In this document: positions 45,591 through 58,811 of the stretch, piece after piece | How positions within the stretch are numbered: the first letter of the stretch is position 1 | How the letters are laid out: each line of letters starts with the position of its first letter | Assembly (NCBI RefSeq): GCF_032191835.1 | Contig: NC_083228.1 | Location: 53,382,001-53,446,000 of the forward strand | From: Heteronotia binoei | Taxonomy: Eukaryota | Reading direction: 5' to 3' | Length of the DNA: 64,000 nt | Notes under the pieces: generated by a model | Databases searched by the model: none | What the model was told of the DNA's origin: nothing | Seen by the model: the letters and a program-made list of their open reading frames with translations, nothing else | Translations under genes and position numbers: made by a program

Positions 45591-48036
45591 GTATTTTAAC
45601 TTGGTTTTGTTTGAAGGATGTGGCTTTTTGTTTGCTTTTAATTGTTTGTATGATGTGTTTTAGTATGTACATTTTAAATCTGTTAGCCTTGCTGGTGACC
45701 CCTATCAGGGCAGAAAGGTAAATAAATGACAAATAAATTACATCTAAAAAGGGACTTTCAGAAAAATTTCCTTCTCTATAATAACACTAGAACCAGAAGG
45801 AAGGGAGAGATGAAGTTGTTTACATCCACTCAATGGAGTGGAGACATTAGTAATGCTATGAGGAATTTGGGACTTTTAAAGCTGGGCTCAGGATAATATT
45901 TAGCTGCATTTGAGAAGCACCAGCATCAATAATTGGCTTTATCAGTCTACACCAAGGCTCATCAAAGTGAAGAACAGAAGAGGAAGGAATTTTTTTTGTG
46001 ATGGAGAAGGGTGGAAAGGCAGAAGGCTGTGTGTGTCAAACTCACAGCATCATTAAAGCCAATCTATCTGACTGTAAAATCAAGCACAACAAACTTGTGG
46101 TGAAGGGGAAGGGAGAAGCAAGATCTGGTTTGTACCCCTTGGAAAGAAGGCAGATTCAGAGGTAGAGGCTAAGAAGTGATAAATTTGGAAAACCCAGAAA
46201 TGCCTAATTAAAGTTTGAGAGAAGTAAGAGCTATTGGGTTGTTTTTTCTTCTCCTGATTTTGAACCAAATACAATTTACTAAGTAACCAATGGTTAGAAG
46301 CTTAACTATGAAGGCGGGCTTTAATGGGGTTGTTAAGGCCATATAGCAGTATCTTAACTGCTCAATAAGAGCATGGTTTAAATTCCACTTCCAGCCGATA
46401 GGGAAAGAAGAACAATACCTCAGAAGTGAGAAGTACCCTTCATACAGAAAGAGCAGATGAAAGCCAGACTTTACTAGAGCTTACACACTGATGTGGGGAA
46501 ATATTGGGCTTTCTTACAGTATCTTACATCAGAGAGAGGGTTGTTTGATTGTACTACTAGTGGCTGTGAGTAAATTGCTCTCTTGAAGCCACTGTTCTCA
46601 TCTTCACAATGGCAATGATAATGACCCACCTCACACCATTTTGTCGCCCTCAGCCTACCTGTCTTCAAGACAGAGAATGCCAGTGCGGTGACTGCTGCTG
46701 CTACACATCCATTGCTCTTTCTAGTGAATTATTAATGCCCAGGTTGTCACAAAGTCTTAGTTTGCTTCATGCAATTAAAGAAATGCCAGGTTTTCAGGCA
46801 TACAGTGGCTGTTTTGCCCTTTTGGAGAGTGTTTCTTTTGGAGATAGAGAATGAGAAAGCTTTTAAGGTAGTCTTGAAAATCAAATCAATCCAGTAGCAG
46901 CAGTAGCAACCCACGCAAATCTTTGACTGGAAAATCTTCTGTGGGTGGATCTGTGGGGGTGGAAGGTACTGTCTTTCTGTGGACAGTTTTTGAGCAGTTT
47001 CTGAGCTTCATTCCATACAATCAATTATGGGTTGAACTATGTTATTGTCAACTGTTATGTATATATACACAGCTGTTACAAGTACTCAATAGTACTTTGA
47101 AATGAATAAATTACCTCTCTCTCTCTCTCTACATTGATATGGTTAACAGGGTCTTTTAAAAGTGTCCAGTATATAAATAATCACTATTATTTCTCAGTGA
47201 AAAAAAATAGTATAGTTAGTAATGGATACACAGTGTTTCTTATTATGTATGTGTATTATTTTCCTGAATTTAAATTCTTTCACTTCACTCAGTCATTTCC
47301 TGAAGTATGCTATTTCCAGCTAGGAAAGGTTGTTTTGTTTTTGGTAGGCATGGCTGAACGAGCTAGTTAAAATAATAGCAAAGGTGTTTCTAGTGGCAAT
47401 GTCAAAAGTGCTCTTATAAATTTGCTTGTCTTTTTCTTTCTCCATTGGTATGATACAAACTGGGGAGTAGTAAGCAATTGCAGAGGAAGGGGTGGGGGAT
47501 TTGGAAATCCCATCATGCCCCACTTTATCCTCTTCATGATTTTGCATACTTTTAGGAAGTTGAGGGCATTAACCTTCCCTCCCCTACCACCACCACCTTT
47601 AACTGAAATTTATCTTGCCTTTGGGACAAAATTCTGAATATCAGTTTCTCAATCACATTATCAAATTTTACTTGTTTGTTTATAGTAGGTCTTTCTCACA
47701 GGGGCTCAAGATGAATCACACAGTGAGTCAGTACAATGCAAAAGGAAAAAAAACCTGCTGTCAAAGTTGACACCTCTTTAAAAGCAGTTTTATTTCTTGT
47801 GGCTCCTTTGTTGTGCTGATGTTTTAGAATATTCCTCAGTAGGTTTCCTCAGTAAATGTTAATTGTCAGGAAACAATTGTTATAGCCTTATTAAGTAGCC
47901 ATGGGATCCTAGAAAAGGCAAACCAACCCTATTGAGGAGAGAAGGCAGCTTTGTGTGTGAAGGAACAGTAGGTTTAGTTTGAAAGATCTAACTGTAAAGA
48001 AGGAGGGTAACAGAGACTGCTATGTGTTGTACTACA

Positions 48037-48382
48037 CCAGTTTGGTGTAGTGGTTAAGTGTGCGGACTCTTATCTGGGAGAACCGGGTTTGATTCCCCAC
48101 TCCTCCACTTGCACCTGCTGAAATGGCCTTAGGTCAGTCATAGCTCTGGCAGAGGTTGTCCTTGAAAGGGCAGCTGTTGTGAGAGCCCTCTCCAGCCCCA
48201 CCCACCTCACAGGGTGTCTGTTGTGGGGGAGGAAGGTAAAGGAGATTGTGAGCCGCTCTGAGACTCTTCGGAGTGGAGGGCGGGATATAAATCCAATATC
48301 ATCATCATCTTCTTCTTCTTCTTCTTCTTCTTCTTCTTCTTCTTCTTCTTCTTCTTCTTCTTCTTCTTCTTCTTCTTCTTCT
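48037..48382 (+). mobile_element. Squam3-like SINE with an expanded (TCT)~25 tail
   Basis: tRNA-like head CCAGTTTGGTGTAGTGGTTAAG...GGTTTGATTCCC; L2-like end GGGCGGGATATAAATCC; pure TCT tract at 48308-48382. Confidence 0.9.
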
Positions 48383-48652
48383 ATTTGTTTATTTTCAAAC
48401 AAAACAAATATTACAAAACCGCTACAAGACTATGGTGCTTCATCCTCTGATTTGAACCAAATTAAGGTAAAATTGCATTGTTGTTCTCAAAAGAAAGTTA
48501 TGTTCTCATACTTCAAAGATTGGAGATTACATTTGAAATATGAAATTATCAGTAGTCAGGGCCACTTCTCAGCCCCATTGCAAGGCAAAAGAGTCCAGAA
48601 CACCCTAAGAACTGGCAGGATGCCTCCCATCCACCCCCACATCCCTTGCAAC

Positions 48653-48846
48653 CAATGTTCCCTCTAAGCTGCAGAGTCTTGTGAGCAAAAATTCTACTTT
48701 GTGAGCTACTGGTATTAAAGTTGTGAGCTACTATATAAACTAGTGTGCTCTGGGGTCATCCTTCCTGAGCTAAGACAAAAATGTGTGGGCTGGAGGCTAA
48801 AAATCTGCGAGCTAGTTCACGCTAACTCAGCTTAGAGAGAACACTG
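48653..48846 (-). mobile_element. hAT-type MITE, copy 2
   Basis: Same family as 3468, opposite orientation; 8-bp TSD CTTGCAAC. Confidence 0.92.
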
Positions 48847-50974
48847 CTTGCAACCACCCCTAATGCCTGGAACTTCCCAAAAAACAGTGGAGAGGGTCAA
48901 GGAAAGTAGCAGAGACAGTCCAGGGAATCAGGGTGACACTTCTGGGGGGCTCAGAAGCCACTGTGGAACTGGGGAAGATGCTGAAGAATCTGACAAATCT
49001 ACAGCTGAAGCACCAGGCAACAGCAAGACCTGATGTCAAGCCAGCAGCACCAACATGGAACAGCAGGTTCTCTCAGCCCAGGTCGTCCAAGTGGATACTT
49101 GCAGCAGGTGAAGTCAATCTCTTCTCTTCTCACCTGCACCCAGATACCCAAGGCATGTGCGGCAAGCTAACAGAAATGTGGGTGAGGGCAGACTGGAGAG
49201 GAGGAGCAGCTGGGTCAGGGCACCACTGGGGAGATGGGCTTGGGAACCAATGGGGGAGATGTCCAATGATTGGGCCCAGGAAAGGGCCAGGCTGGGGATA
49301 AGAGGAGTGGGGGAGAGTGTGACTGGCAGGGAAATAAAAAAGGTCCCAGAAAACAGGTGACCCTAGGCTGCAAGAGGATCATGACCAGCAAGGGAAAAAA
49401 CAAGGTTATACTACCCCCTTCACTCTCATTCTGAGGCCATGGAATGGGCAGTCAGGCATCATCCTTTTAAAAATAGTATTTCATGCACGTGCAGAAGCAT
49501 TCAAAGCACCACTCCATTTTGACAGATCTGTGTTCCCCCTGCCGAGTACTGTGGCCCTTCTCAGCCTCCTTTGATTTGCCTCTCTTCATTGGAATACAGG
49601 GGCAGGGAGTGTAAGTATTATGCAGATTTACAGGAGAGTACACCCATTGACTTTAGTACATTTACTCTTGCATCAATCATGGGATGGTCTCTGAAGCAGA
49701 AAAGCCTTTTTACTGCTAACATGGTTTGCATGGGGGGAAGTGTGATGGGATAGGGAGTAGGGTTTCCAGCAGGCATGGAAACTCCTGGAGATTTGGGGAT
49801 GGAACCTGGGGAGCACAGGGACTTCAGTGGGGTACAATGCCATTGAGTCCACCTTCCAAAGCATTCATTTTCTCCACAGGAACTGATCTCTATAGTCTGA
49901 TTAGCATCCCTCCACACACATACACACTTTAATCAAGGTCCATGCGCAGAAAGCCCTGCATGCACTATTGCCCAAGTTTTCTCAAAAGCAAGGCTGCCTG
50001 GATTTTTAAATTTTTTCCAGTTTTACCCAATTCTTCCTGACTTAGGGCTGCCAGCCTTCCTAGGCTCCCTGCAAATATAGGAGTCTAACTAGGAACTATT
50101 CAAAACCCTGGGGCAAAGATCTGCTCAAACATATATCGCTAACTGAAGTTTTTAAATGGCGGGCAGGTGGAAGTGTATGATTTGACTTTCCAAATGACTT
50201 GATTTCACAAGAGACAGTTCAGATATCAGGAAATTTGCAATGAGGCCAGATCAATCTGTAAAGACCAGACTTTCTCCAGTGTTGGGAAAGTTGGGTTGAG
50301 AACAGGCAATGATGGGGAACAGGATACAGACATCACCGTCTGAACAAGCATTTTTATCTGGGGGTGAGAAGCAATGACAGCTTAAACAGCTCATCTGATC
50401 AAACAACTCACCTGATCACATCCATAGATTTCTTGTAGGAATGCAAAAGCTATGATGGCTCAGAGGCAGAAACAAAAAGAGTAAGTGGCTAAGAACACTA
50501 GAGACACAGCAGAGACAGTTTCAGAGACCATGGCTTCTTGTGATATCGTCTGGTTTTCTATCATGTGCTTTCAATTTGGTGGATCCCCAAAGTAGTTCCT
50601 GGGTCTGAAATGGTTGAAGGTCACTGCTCCAAAGGAGTTGTTTGACATAGTTCTGAATCTTATCCATATTGTTCAAATATGAGGAAATTGCTCTCTACAT
50701 TTCTTCTTTGTCCTGAAACTTCCTATACTCAGCCCCATGAAGGGGCAGACATAGGGAAGATTTCTGGATCTGCTACTCCCTGGAACTTGGCCATGTGTTT
50801 GAAGGAAGATTTTTTTTTCTTACCGTTTTTAACATCTTGTATTTTAGGTGGAATTTTACTATAGGCTGATTATGTGCTAAGACTGAAAATTGGATGAAGA
50901 AAAGGAAGATATGGCAAGCTGGACCCATAAGAATTCTCCACACACCCCCCCCCCCCATGAGAACTGGTTATATC

Positions 50975-51133
50975 CAGGGATTACCAGGGATCATTTTGTA
51001 GAAAAATAGGTGGTAGAGCTCATACAGGGATTGTTATGCAGCTGCACTTACTATTCAAATGGACAAGGAGGTGGAACTCTAAGAAAAGTTCAGGAGCTGT
51101 GCTCCTGTGAGCTCCCACTGAATCTGAGGCCTG
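50975..51133 (+). mobile_element. hAT-type MITE of a second family
   Basis: CAGG...CCTG ends; 8-bp TSD GTTATATC/GCTATATC; homologous, in inverted orientation, to 59049-59208. Confidence 0.75.
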
Positions 51134-51622
51134 GCTATATCCCAACAATCATCCTATAGTGACATTTCAGCACAAAAGTGAGTCCTGTTATCAAGTTGTT
51201 GCACTGAAATTTTAAATCCTCTTATCTTCATTGTTATAGGGGATATATAATGTTAGATAACAACTACCCCAGTGATTTCCTTGGGGAAAAAATAAGTAAA
51301 GGTTAGGAGAGGTAGAATTATAGCATTTTGCATACATAATATCTTCAGAACACCAGATAATTTAGGTGTCAGTTTTAAAGACTTGCTATGAAAAGCTTCT
51401 GTTTTCCTTTGTTCCAACTAGGATTGAGAAACCTGAGTTTCCTTAGACTCTGTTTATAATAGGCCTGCCTAAAATAAAATAATTTGAGCTCAGTTTGGAT
51501 CAGGCCTCAATTCATTTCAATTTAGACCCATTCTCCATTAAGTCCTGATGATGTCATTGAGTTTCGAGAACATGTCAAGGCCTGAAGCTGCACCTCCTGC
51601 AAACCCTTTAATAATACATTAC

Positions 51623-51950
51623 TAGGATTGCCAAGTTCCCCCCCGGGGATTTGGGAGCCCAATGGGCCCTTCTTGCTGCTTCTCAGCTGGATGGAGAAAC
51701 AAAAATGGGCAAAGAAATACAGACATCACTTCCAGAGTGACCGGAAGTGACATTAGCACATCTCTGGCAATGCTCTAGCAGTCACAATTCTATCATTAAG
51801 CCATGGAGTTTCGGCCAAATGCAAGATCATCACTAGCCACATGGTAACATTACTTATGGTTGTGCCAGAAGTGATGTCACTATGTCATTGATGATGTCAT
51901 TACATTAGCTTCAAGTGAACCTCCTGCAGGTTGCCAGGCTGGCAACCCTA
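51623..51950. mobile_element. hAT-like MITE with TAGGGTTGCCA-type TIRs
   Basis: TAGGATTGCCA...TGGCAACCCTA; partial TSD TACATTAC/GCCATTAC; internal GGAAGTGACAT / GAAGTGATGTCAC motifs. Confidence 0.7.
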
Positions 51951-52087
51951 GCCATTACTCATGAAGAAAGATGATGAGGCTTGGAAGTTTGTGGAATCTC
52001 AACACCTCTGTGAGCTCTTACCCTTTTGCCAGAGTTGAATGGTAGTAGTAGTGGCAGCAACAAAGGGATTTGCAATGGAGTATTAAT

Positions 52088-52088
<1 letters not shown>

Positions 52089-52147
<59 letters not shown>

Positions 52148-52290
52148 TTTATTTGTATCCCGCCCTCCCCGCCGAGGCAGGCTCAGGGCAGCTAACAACA
52201 TCATACAAATTTCAATTATACAAAAAGCAAAAAGCACAAAATTACATTTAAGCATTAAAATTCTGATTAGGTTTAAAATTAGTTAATTAA
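52089..52290 (-). mobile_element. Short L2 3' end with a (GATA)n tail
   Basis: Reverse complement of 52145-52200 matches the L2 terminus at 32283-32335; (GATA)~14 at 52089-52145. Confidence 0.8.
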
Positions 52291-52689
52291 GTTAATAAAA
52301 GTGCTAAGGCTTTAAGATGCTGCATGAAAAGTATCCTAGACATCAGAATTGGTGGGAAGGTTAGCTGTCTCATGGCTTCTATGCCTATATTAATGAAACA
52401 GGAACTCTGAGAAACCATAATTCCCTGTAGTTCTCAGTATACCATAACCATGGTATGTTCCAGGATTTCTGGGATTTGAAGTTTCCTTTACATGAATAGT
52501 GTTGTGTATGTGGACTAATGTGAATATTATTATGTGTGTTGCTGCTTGGCTCATTGGAGCCTTAAAGGCAATATCACAAGAAGCCATGGTCTCTGAAACT
52601 GTCTCTGCGGAAGCTCCACCACTGAACGACCTGTACTTGCTCTTCTGCTCCTTTCAGTGTGTGTTCAAATAAACACAGGGGGTGCAGAC

Positions 52690-52886
52690 CAATGTTCCCT
52701 CTAAGCTGCAGAGTCTTGTGAGTAAAAATTCTACTTTGTGAGCTACTGGGTTTAAAGTTGTGAGCTACTGGGATTAAAGTTGTGAGCTACTGGGGTCCTC
52801 CTTCCTGAGCTAAGACAAAAATGTGTGAGCTGGAGGCTAAAAATCCGTAAGCTAGCTCATGCTAACTCAGCTTAGAGGGTATGTTG
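52690..52886 (-). mobile_element. hAT-type MITE, copy 3
   Basis: Same family as 3468 and 48653; 8-bp TSD GTGCAGAC; small internal tandem duplication. Confidence 0.9.
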
Positions 52887-53311
52887 GTGCAGACTCCTTG
52901 GTCCCTATGTATATACACTAGCAGCAGATGCTTCCAAAACGCAGTAAAATATGGCTGCTATATTGAAGGTGACTTTTAAGTCATCATTCAACAGGTGGGA
53001 TTTGAGGGTCTGGTCCATAGTTTGAAACCCATTACTCTAGAAAATCTAATCATGTATGTGTTAGTTTATAACTGTCTTTCCAACAATTATTTTAAGTCCT
53101 ACCATAACAAAAAAGGTCCACATTAAAACTTACAAATCGGCACAAAATTAAAGGCAGCATGATACAGGATCTGGCAAATGTCCTCATAAGCAAAACATTT
53201 TCACCTGACAACAAAACTATATTGGATGGTTGCATGTCTGAATTTCTGTGGGAGGATATAACACAGGTAAGTACCTCAAATGAAGGCCTTTCAAATGAGC
53301 CTCCCTTGTAT

Positions 53312-53612
53312 AAAGGGAAAGGTAGTCCTCTGTGCATGTACCAGTCATTTCTGACTCTGGGGTGATGTCGCATCACAATGTTTTCACGGCAGACTTTTTA
53401 TGGGGTGGTTTGCCATTGCCTTCCCCAGTCATCTACACTTTCCCCCCCAGCAAGCTGGGTACTCACTTTACCGACCTCGGAAGGATGGAAGGCTAAATCA
53501 ACCTTGAGCTGGTGACCTGAACCCAGCTTCCGCTGGGATTGAACTCACGTTGTGAGCAGAGAGTTCGGACTGCAGTACTGCAGTTTTACCACATTGCGCC
53601 ATGGGGGTCTCT
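53312..53612 (-). mobile_element. Sauria SINE (Squam1-like)
   Basis: Minus-strand tRNA-like head TGGCGCAATGTGGTAAA...GAGTTCAATCCC; body AAGCTGGGTACTCA; homologous to 57797. Confidence 0.85.
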
Positions 53613-55544
53613 CTCCCTTGTATAATCATGGTAAATAAGGAAACACAGAGCAAAAGTTCAGGGCAAAACTGCATATGGCACTATGAATCTGGGAATGGAT
53701 TACAAGTCATGTATTTTACCTGCAAAAGGGAACTGGGAGTGGGGGCGTGAATGCACACCCAGAACTCATTTCAAGTTGGGAAGATAGTACTTGTGCATTG
53801 GGGAGTAGGAAGCACTGGACCCTTTTCTTCTGCAGTGCCTCAGCTCTGATCCAGCTTTTCTTGTGGCTATAATTTATGTCTGCATCCCTACTTTGGTCCT
53901 CAGGAAAAGACAGGAGAAAACACTTCACACTAAATATTTTACTCTTTATTTCACCTGTTTCCACTGGGCTTCTTGCTGAATCAATATCAGAAGTTGATAC
54001 TGTACTACAAGCTTTCCTCATGGTTTTTCTAAATTTTTAAGTTGGGCTTTCCTTTGCACATTTAAACTGTTGAAAGATCACTTTTCTCAAATGTCAGCAC
54101 TTTTATCACCATACACTGCCTTTGTGGGTTTTTTAAAGTGCAGCATCAGTATATCAACACAGCAAGTTTCTGTGCAGCCCTCTGTTGTCCTCTTTCACAC
54201 TCTGTGCCTTTACCATTAGTGGCTTCTCCCCCCCCCCTTTCACTCTCCTCAGCCTTCTCCAACCATCCATATCAAACAGAAATCTCTGCTTACCTCTAGA
54301 TGAGAGAGAGGAGCAGCAGTGGTCACATCATCATTTTGAGAGCAGCTGCTGCATCCCTTGGTTTGGTTGATCTCTCTCACATACACTATCTTCTTCCCAC
54401 ACCCTTGCCGGCCCCCTTTGTTATAGATGGATCCTTCTCCTCCTTTATTTTGTGATTTGTAAATATTGATGGTGGTGAACTTCTCCCCTCTCCCCTACTA
54501 CCAGGTCCCACCAGTGGGATGATAAAAACTGCTGTGTCCTGCTTGTCAAAATTAAAGGGATGTGTGTGTGTGTGTATATTTCTGAACATTTATATCCCGC
54601 TTCTCCCAAAACATCTCAAAGCAGCTTCCAACAGTATTAAAATTGCAAACAATAAATACATTAAAAACAATAATATATCATTTAAAATCATATACTATAG
54701 AACAGGAGTCTTATTCAGCAAACTACAGTCAGTGGTCATGTAGCATATTGATCTCAATAAATTCTTATTAACAAAGCACCCACAAGGAGCCCAATCACTC
54801 TTGCCAGAGGTATCGCGGTACCAGATAAAGCCATCTGGCTTTTAAGAATTAGACTTATATAAACCCCTTTGCCAACACAATTGCTGAGTTTAATAACAAA
54901 AATTTCTGCTCAGGCAGCACTTTGCAAATTTAGCAGAATAACATAACTGGGGTTGGTGGACACTACTGAAGCAGGAATAGGAAAAAGTATCCCATGCAAT
55001 CCATTGCAAATTGGTGATAAGGCAGAACTGGAGGGGGGGCAATGAAGGGCATTCATCCTCGCTTTCTTGGAAAGTGTTGAAAAAGAATATACCGTTGCAG
55101 AAGGAAGGGGAATCTGCAAAAAAAGGTGGACAGAATGAATTCTGCTAACCCTCTTTCTCTAAAAACAATTTTAAATCAATAGATTTAGTGCACACACAAG
55201 AAAATAGGAGTGCAGATGGGGTGAAATGACATGTAAAAGGATGGAAGAAATGCAAAGAAGAGTGCACTGGTACATTGGAATTTCAATATTTCAACGGCTT
55301 TAATGAAGTGGAGGAAGAATGAAGACTTCACAGGAAAAATGGGTAATGAAAATGTGGCCAGGAAAAGGATTGCTTTGTAGACAAGACTTTAGGGAACACA
55401 GCAAACTCCATAGACTCAGCAAAAGGGGGAGGAGGGAGAGAGATAGAGAGACTTGGATGCATTTTTCTTGGGAACTTCAACACCAAGGTGGCTTGAGGAA
55501 AAACAGAGAAAAGCTGGCTTCAGCACACTGATGACAAACATATG

Positions 55545-56159
55545 GGTCGTTTTCGCACTTAGCGTTTGCTCCCCTTATTCCTCGGCGCAATTATGTCCGG
55601 ATCATTTTCCTCGTTTTCGCACATTGCCTCTTTAGTGGAGTCGCTTTCCATGAAGCCCCGGCTCAAATCGTTTTTGCACTAGCATCGACTTGAGTTCGAT
55701 GCCCTGTCAATCATTTTTTTTTAAGCGCAAGTCTAATTGCGTAACAACATAAACCGCATCACGTGTGCCGCTTCTGCTTATGGAGTGGCTGCAGCTGTAG
55801 TATCCTCCACAGCCCTTTATGTATTAACAGAAGCATTCACAGTGGAGAATCCCAGCACTAGATCCCCCCCCCCCAACACAAATTCCAGAGTTGCGTGTGT
55901 GTGTGTGTGTATGTGGCAGCTTCTTCCTTTCCCAGCCTCGTTCCCTCCCGGGTGGTGAAGCTGGGATTTCCTCCGCGCTCTTCCCCCTCCCCAGCTGGCG
56001 CTTGCAGCCGCAACGGGGACCTGACTGACTCCTGCTGCCAGAGCTCCCCCCCCCGCCCCATTCTCTCCTTCCCCTTCTGTGGCGTGTGTGAAGAGCGACC
56101 TCGCGTCTATTTTCCGGAGTTGCGAAATATCGCAATAACGAAGAGAGAGAAATCGAGGG

Positions 56160-56193
<34 letters not shown>

Positions 56194-57058
56194 CAGCTTC
56201 TTCCCTTCCCAGCCTCGATCCCTCTCGGGTGGCGAAGCTGGCATTTCCTCCGTGCTCTTCCCCCTCCCCGGCTGGCGCTTGCAGCTGCAACGGGGACCTG
56301 ACTGACTCCTGCTGCCAGAGCTCCCCCCCCGCCCCATTCTCTCCTTCCCCTTCTGTGGCGCGTGTGAAGAGCGAGCTCGCATCTGTTTTCTAACCGAGCG
56401 GAATGTAGCCAGGGTGGAGAATGCAGGACTCCAACTTCCCATTTTATACATGGCGATTTTGTGCAGGTCCAGAAATGCTGGTGGCACAGCTGAGGGAGGC
56501 ATTGCCTTTTTAAAACACACACACATGAACGCTTTGGCCCACGCCGGCACTAGATTCCCCCCCCCCAACAATGTATAATGTATAATGCAATTTCGAAGTT
56601 GCGAAATAACGCAACAGCGGAAAAGCAAGCTCACATACCCGCCGCTTCAGGAGGGTTTTTTTTTTCTATTTGTTAATTTCAAAATATCGCTATTACGCAA
56701 GAAAGATGAAGTTTTAAAAAAAAATGGCCGCGCAGGCACTTTTGGGAAGCGCCGCGAACGGCTGATGATTGGCCAAGGGGGTGGATGGGGTGGGAGGACG
56801 GAAAGGGAGAGGGTGACGCCCACAAAGCAGTCGATCCGGCGTGGATGGATTTCCCACAGCAAACTCCGAGGAGTGGATCCGGTGTGGATCCGGAGGTTTT
56901 CAAAAACTCCGGAAGGAGGTGGATCTAGATACTCCGGCGTGAAACCCCTGCAGCACCGGAGCAAGACGCAGCGCCGGAGCAACAGGTGCGAAAACCAGGA
57001 AAAGATCCGGAGGTAAATGGGGTGCTACGCCGGAGTAAACGCTAGTGCGAAAACGGCC
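55545..57058. mobile_element. PIF/Harbinger-type non-autonomous DNA transposon (1514 bp)
   Basis: TIRs GGTCGTTTTCGCACT(T)AGCGTTT / AAACGCTAGTGCGAAAACGGCC; 3-bp TSD ATG; internal ~250-bp tandem duplication with (TG)n; CpG-rich; no transposase ORF. Confidence 0.85.
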
Positions 57059-57369
57059 ATGGTGATGTGTATAGGATCAGGAGGAGAAGCACTGTTGTTA
57101 AGAAGCCAAGCTGGAGCAATAAGTCCATGCAGAAAGTCCCAGGTCAGGTGAAGTACAGCACCCAGGCCTTGAGTCGAGAGCAGAAGCAAACAAACAAGAT
57201 GTGGGATTTATTTCCTTGCTATTAATAATGTATCTCAGCCATCTTTTAAAAAGATGTGTGGCAAATTCCAAGTTAGAATTGGATGTAATATATCATGAGG
57301 AAAGATCTGCACAGGCATGTGTAACACACGTTTATCCCTCTTGAGTACAAGGTTGTCATATGTTTCTAT

Positions 57370-57642
57370 GAAGAAGACTGCAGATTTATACCCAACGCTT
57401 CTCTCTGAATCAGAGACTCAGAGCGGCTTATAATCTCCTATATCTTCTCCCCCCACAACAGCCACCCTGTGAGGTAGATGGGGCTGAGAGGGCTCTCACA
57501 GCAGCTGCCCTTTCAAGGACAACTCCTGAGATAGCTATGGCTAACCCAAGGCCATTCCAGCAGCTGTAAGTGGAGGAGTGGGGAATCAAACCCGATTCTC
57601 CCAAATAAGAGTCCACACACTTAACCACTACACCAAACTGGC
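57370..57642 (-). mobile_element. Squam3-like SINE
   Basis: Full-length homolog of 15095 and 48037. Confidence 0.88.
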
Positions 57643-57796
57643 TCATATATATATACATGTGCACAAGGTTACAGTGCTAGGCCCACTAAGAGTATATGTC
57701 ATATTGAAAAAATGGGAGGCTTTCATTGTTAGGCAGATAATTTGGAAATATTGATGCTGTAAGCCATCATGAAATTTGTAAAGAAGAAGAAGGAAA

Positions 57797-58092
57797 AAAA
57801 GGTAAAGGTAGACCCCTGTGCAAGCACCAGTCATTTCCAACTCTGGGGTGATGTTGCTTTCACAATGTTTTCACAGCAGACTTTTTTTTATGGGGTGGTT
57901 TGCCATTGCCTTCCCCAGTCATCTACACTTTTCCCCAGCAAGCTGGGTACTCATTTTACCGTCTTTGGAAGGATGGAAGGCTGAGTCAACCTGGAGCTGG
58001 CTACCTGAACCCAGTTTCTGCCGGGATTGAACTCAGGTCATGAGCAGGGACTGCAGTACTGCAGCTTTACCACTCTGCGCCATGGGGCTCTG
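57797..58092 (-). mobile_element. Sauria SINE (Squam1-like)
   Basis: Head TGGCGCAGAGTGGTAAAGC...GAGTTCAATCCC; tail CCTTTACCTTT on the minus strand. Confidence 0.88.
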
Positions 58093-58811
58093 TAAAACAT
58101 TTATTAGACATAAAGAAGAAAAATGCCTAATAAATGCTTAAAATAAATGAAATGTTTGCCAGGTATTTTCTTATTAAATCTCTTAAAACACCCATTCTAC
58201 CCAAAGGCATCCAAGCCATGTCAAGATTTAAAAACCTTTAAGTCTTAGTAATAAATGTCAAGAATGGTTCTGAACTGAAGGTTAATCAAGTAAACGAATG
58301 AATCTCTTTCCAATTTCTATCAGTTCCTTTATGGATGGAAGAAGTCATTAAAGGAAGACATTGTGCATACCTGAAGGAACAGCTTCTTCCATGAATTCCT
58401 TCTAAGATCTTTATGTAAGACTTTGCTTCTAATGCAGTCACAAACAAATTCATGCAGTCACAAACTTTAGCAGAACCTTTTACTATTGGCACCTACTCTC
58501 TGAAATTTCTCGAGAATTCAGAAGGGCCTCTTCCTTATATGCCTCTTGTCACTGACTGAAAACTTTATTATTTACAGGCATCTGCTGATTGACAAGTTGT
58601 CAACAGATAGTTTTGGCACAACAGATAATCTTTCAGAGATTTTAATTTTTTAAAAAATTAAGTTTTGGTTTTCAGCTCTAGTTTGGTATGCTGCTTTGAG
58701 CATGGGTTGGTAGAAAAACTAACAAATTATATGAAAATAGAGAGCAGGGAAATCCATGAAGACTTAATTTCACTGTCTAATCTGGAACTCTGAAGAAGAA
58801 GGAAAAAGAAG

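Noticed and set aside
48037-48110. tRNA genes at SINE heads (also 15364, 18962, 53612, 57642, 58092)
   Set aside because: A/B boxes only, no complete cloverleaf, and each continues into a SINE body.
48070-48667. Poly-Glu and poly-Ser ORFs
   Set aside because: Translations of the TCT microsatellite and the SINE.
48848-49301. Possible processed pseudogene or exon
   Set aside because: Short ORFs with no recognisable protein similarity, poly(A) or TSD.
55817-57016. Transposase ORF in the Harbinger element
   Set aside because: The ORFs are low-complexity products of the internal duplication and (TG)n; no DDE or Myb motifs.
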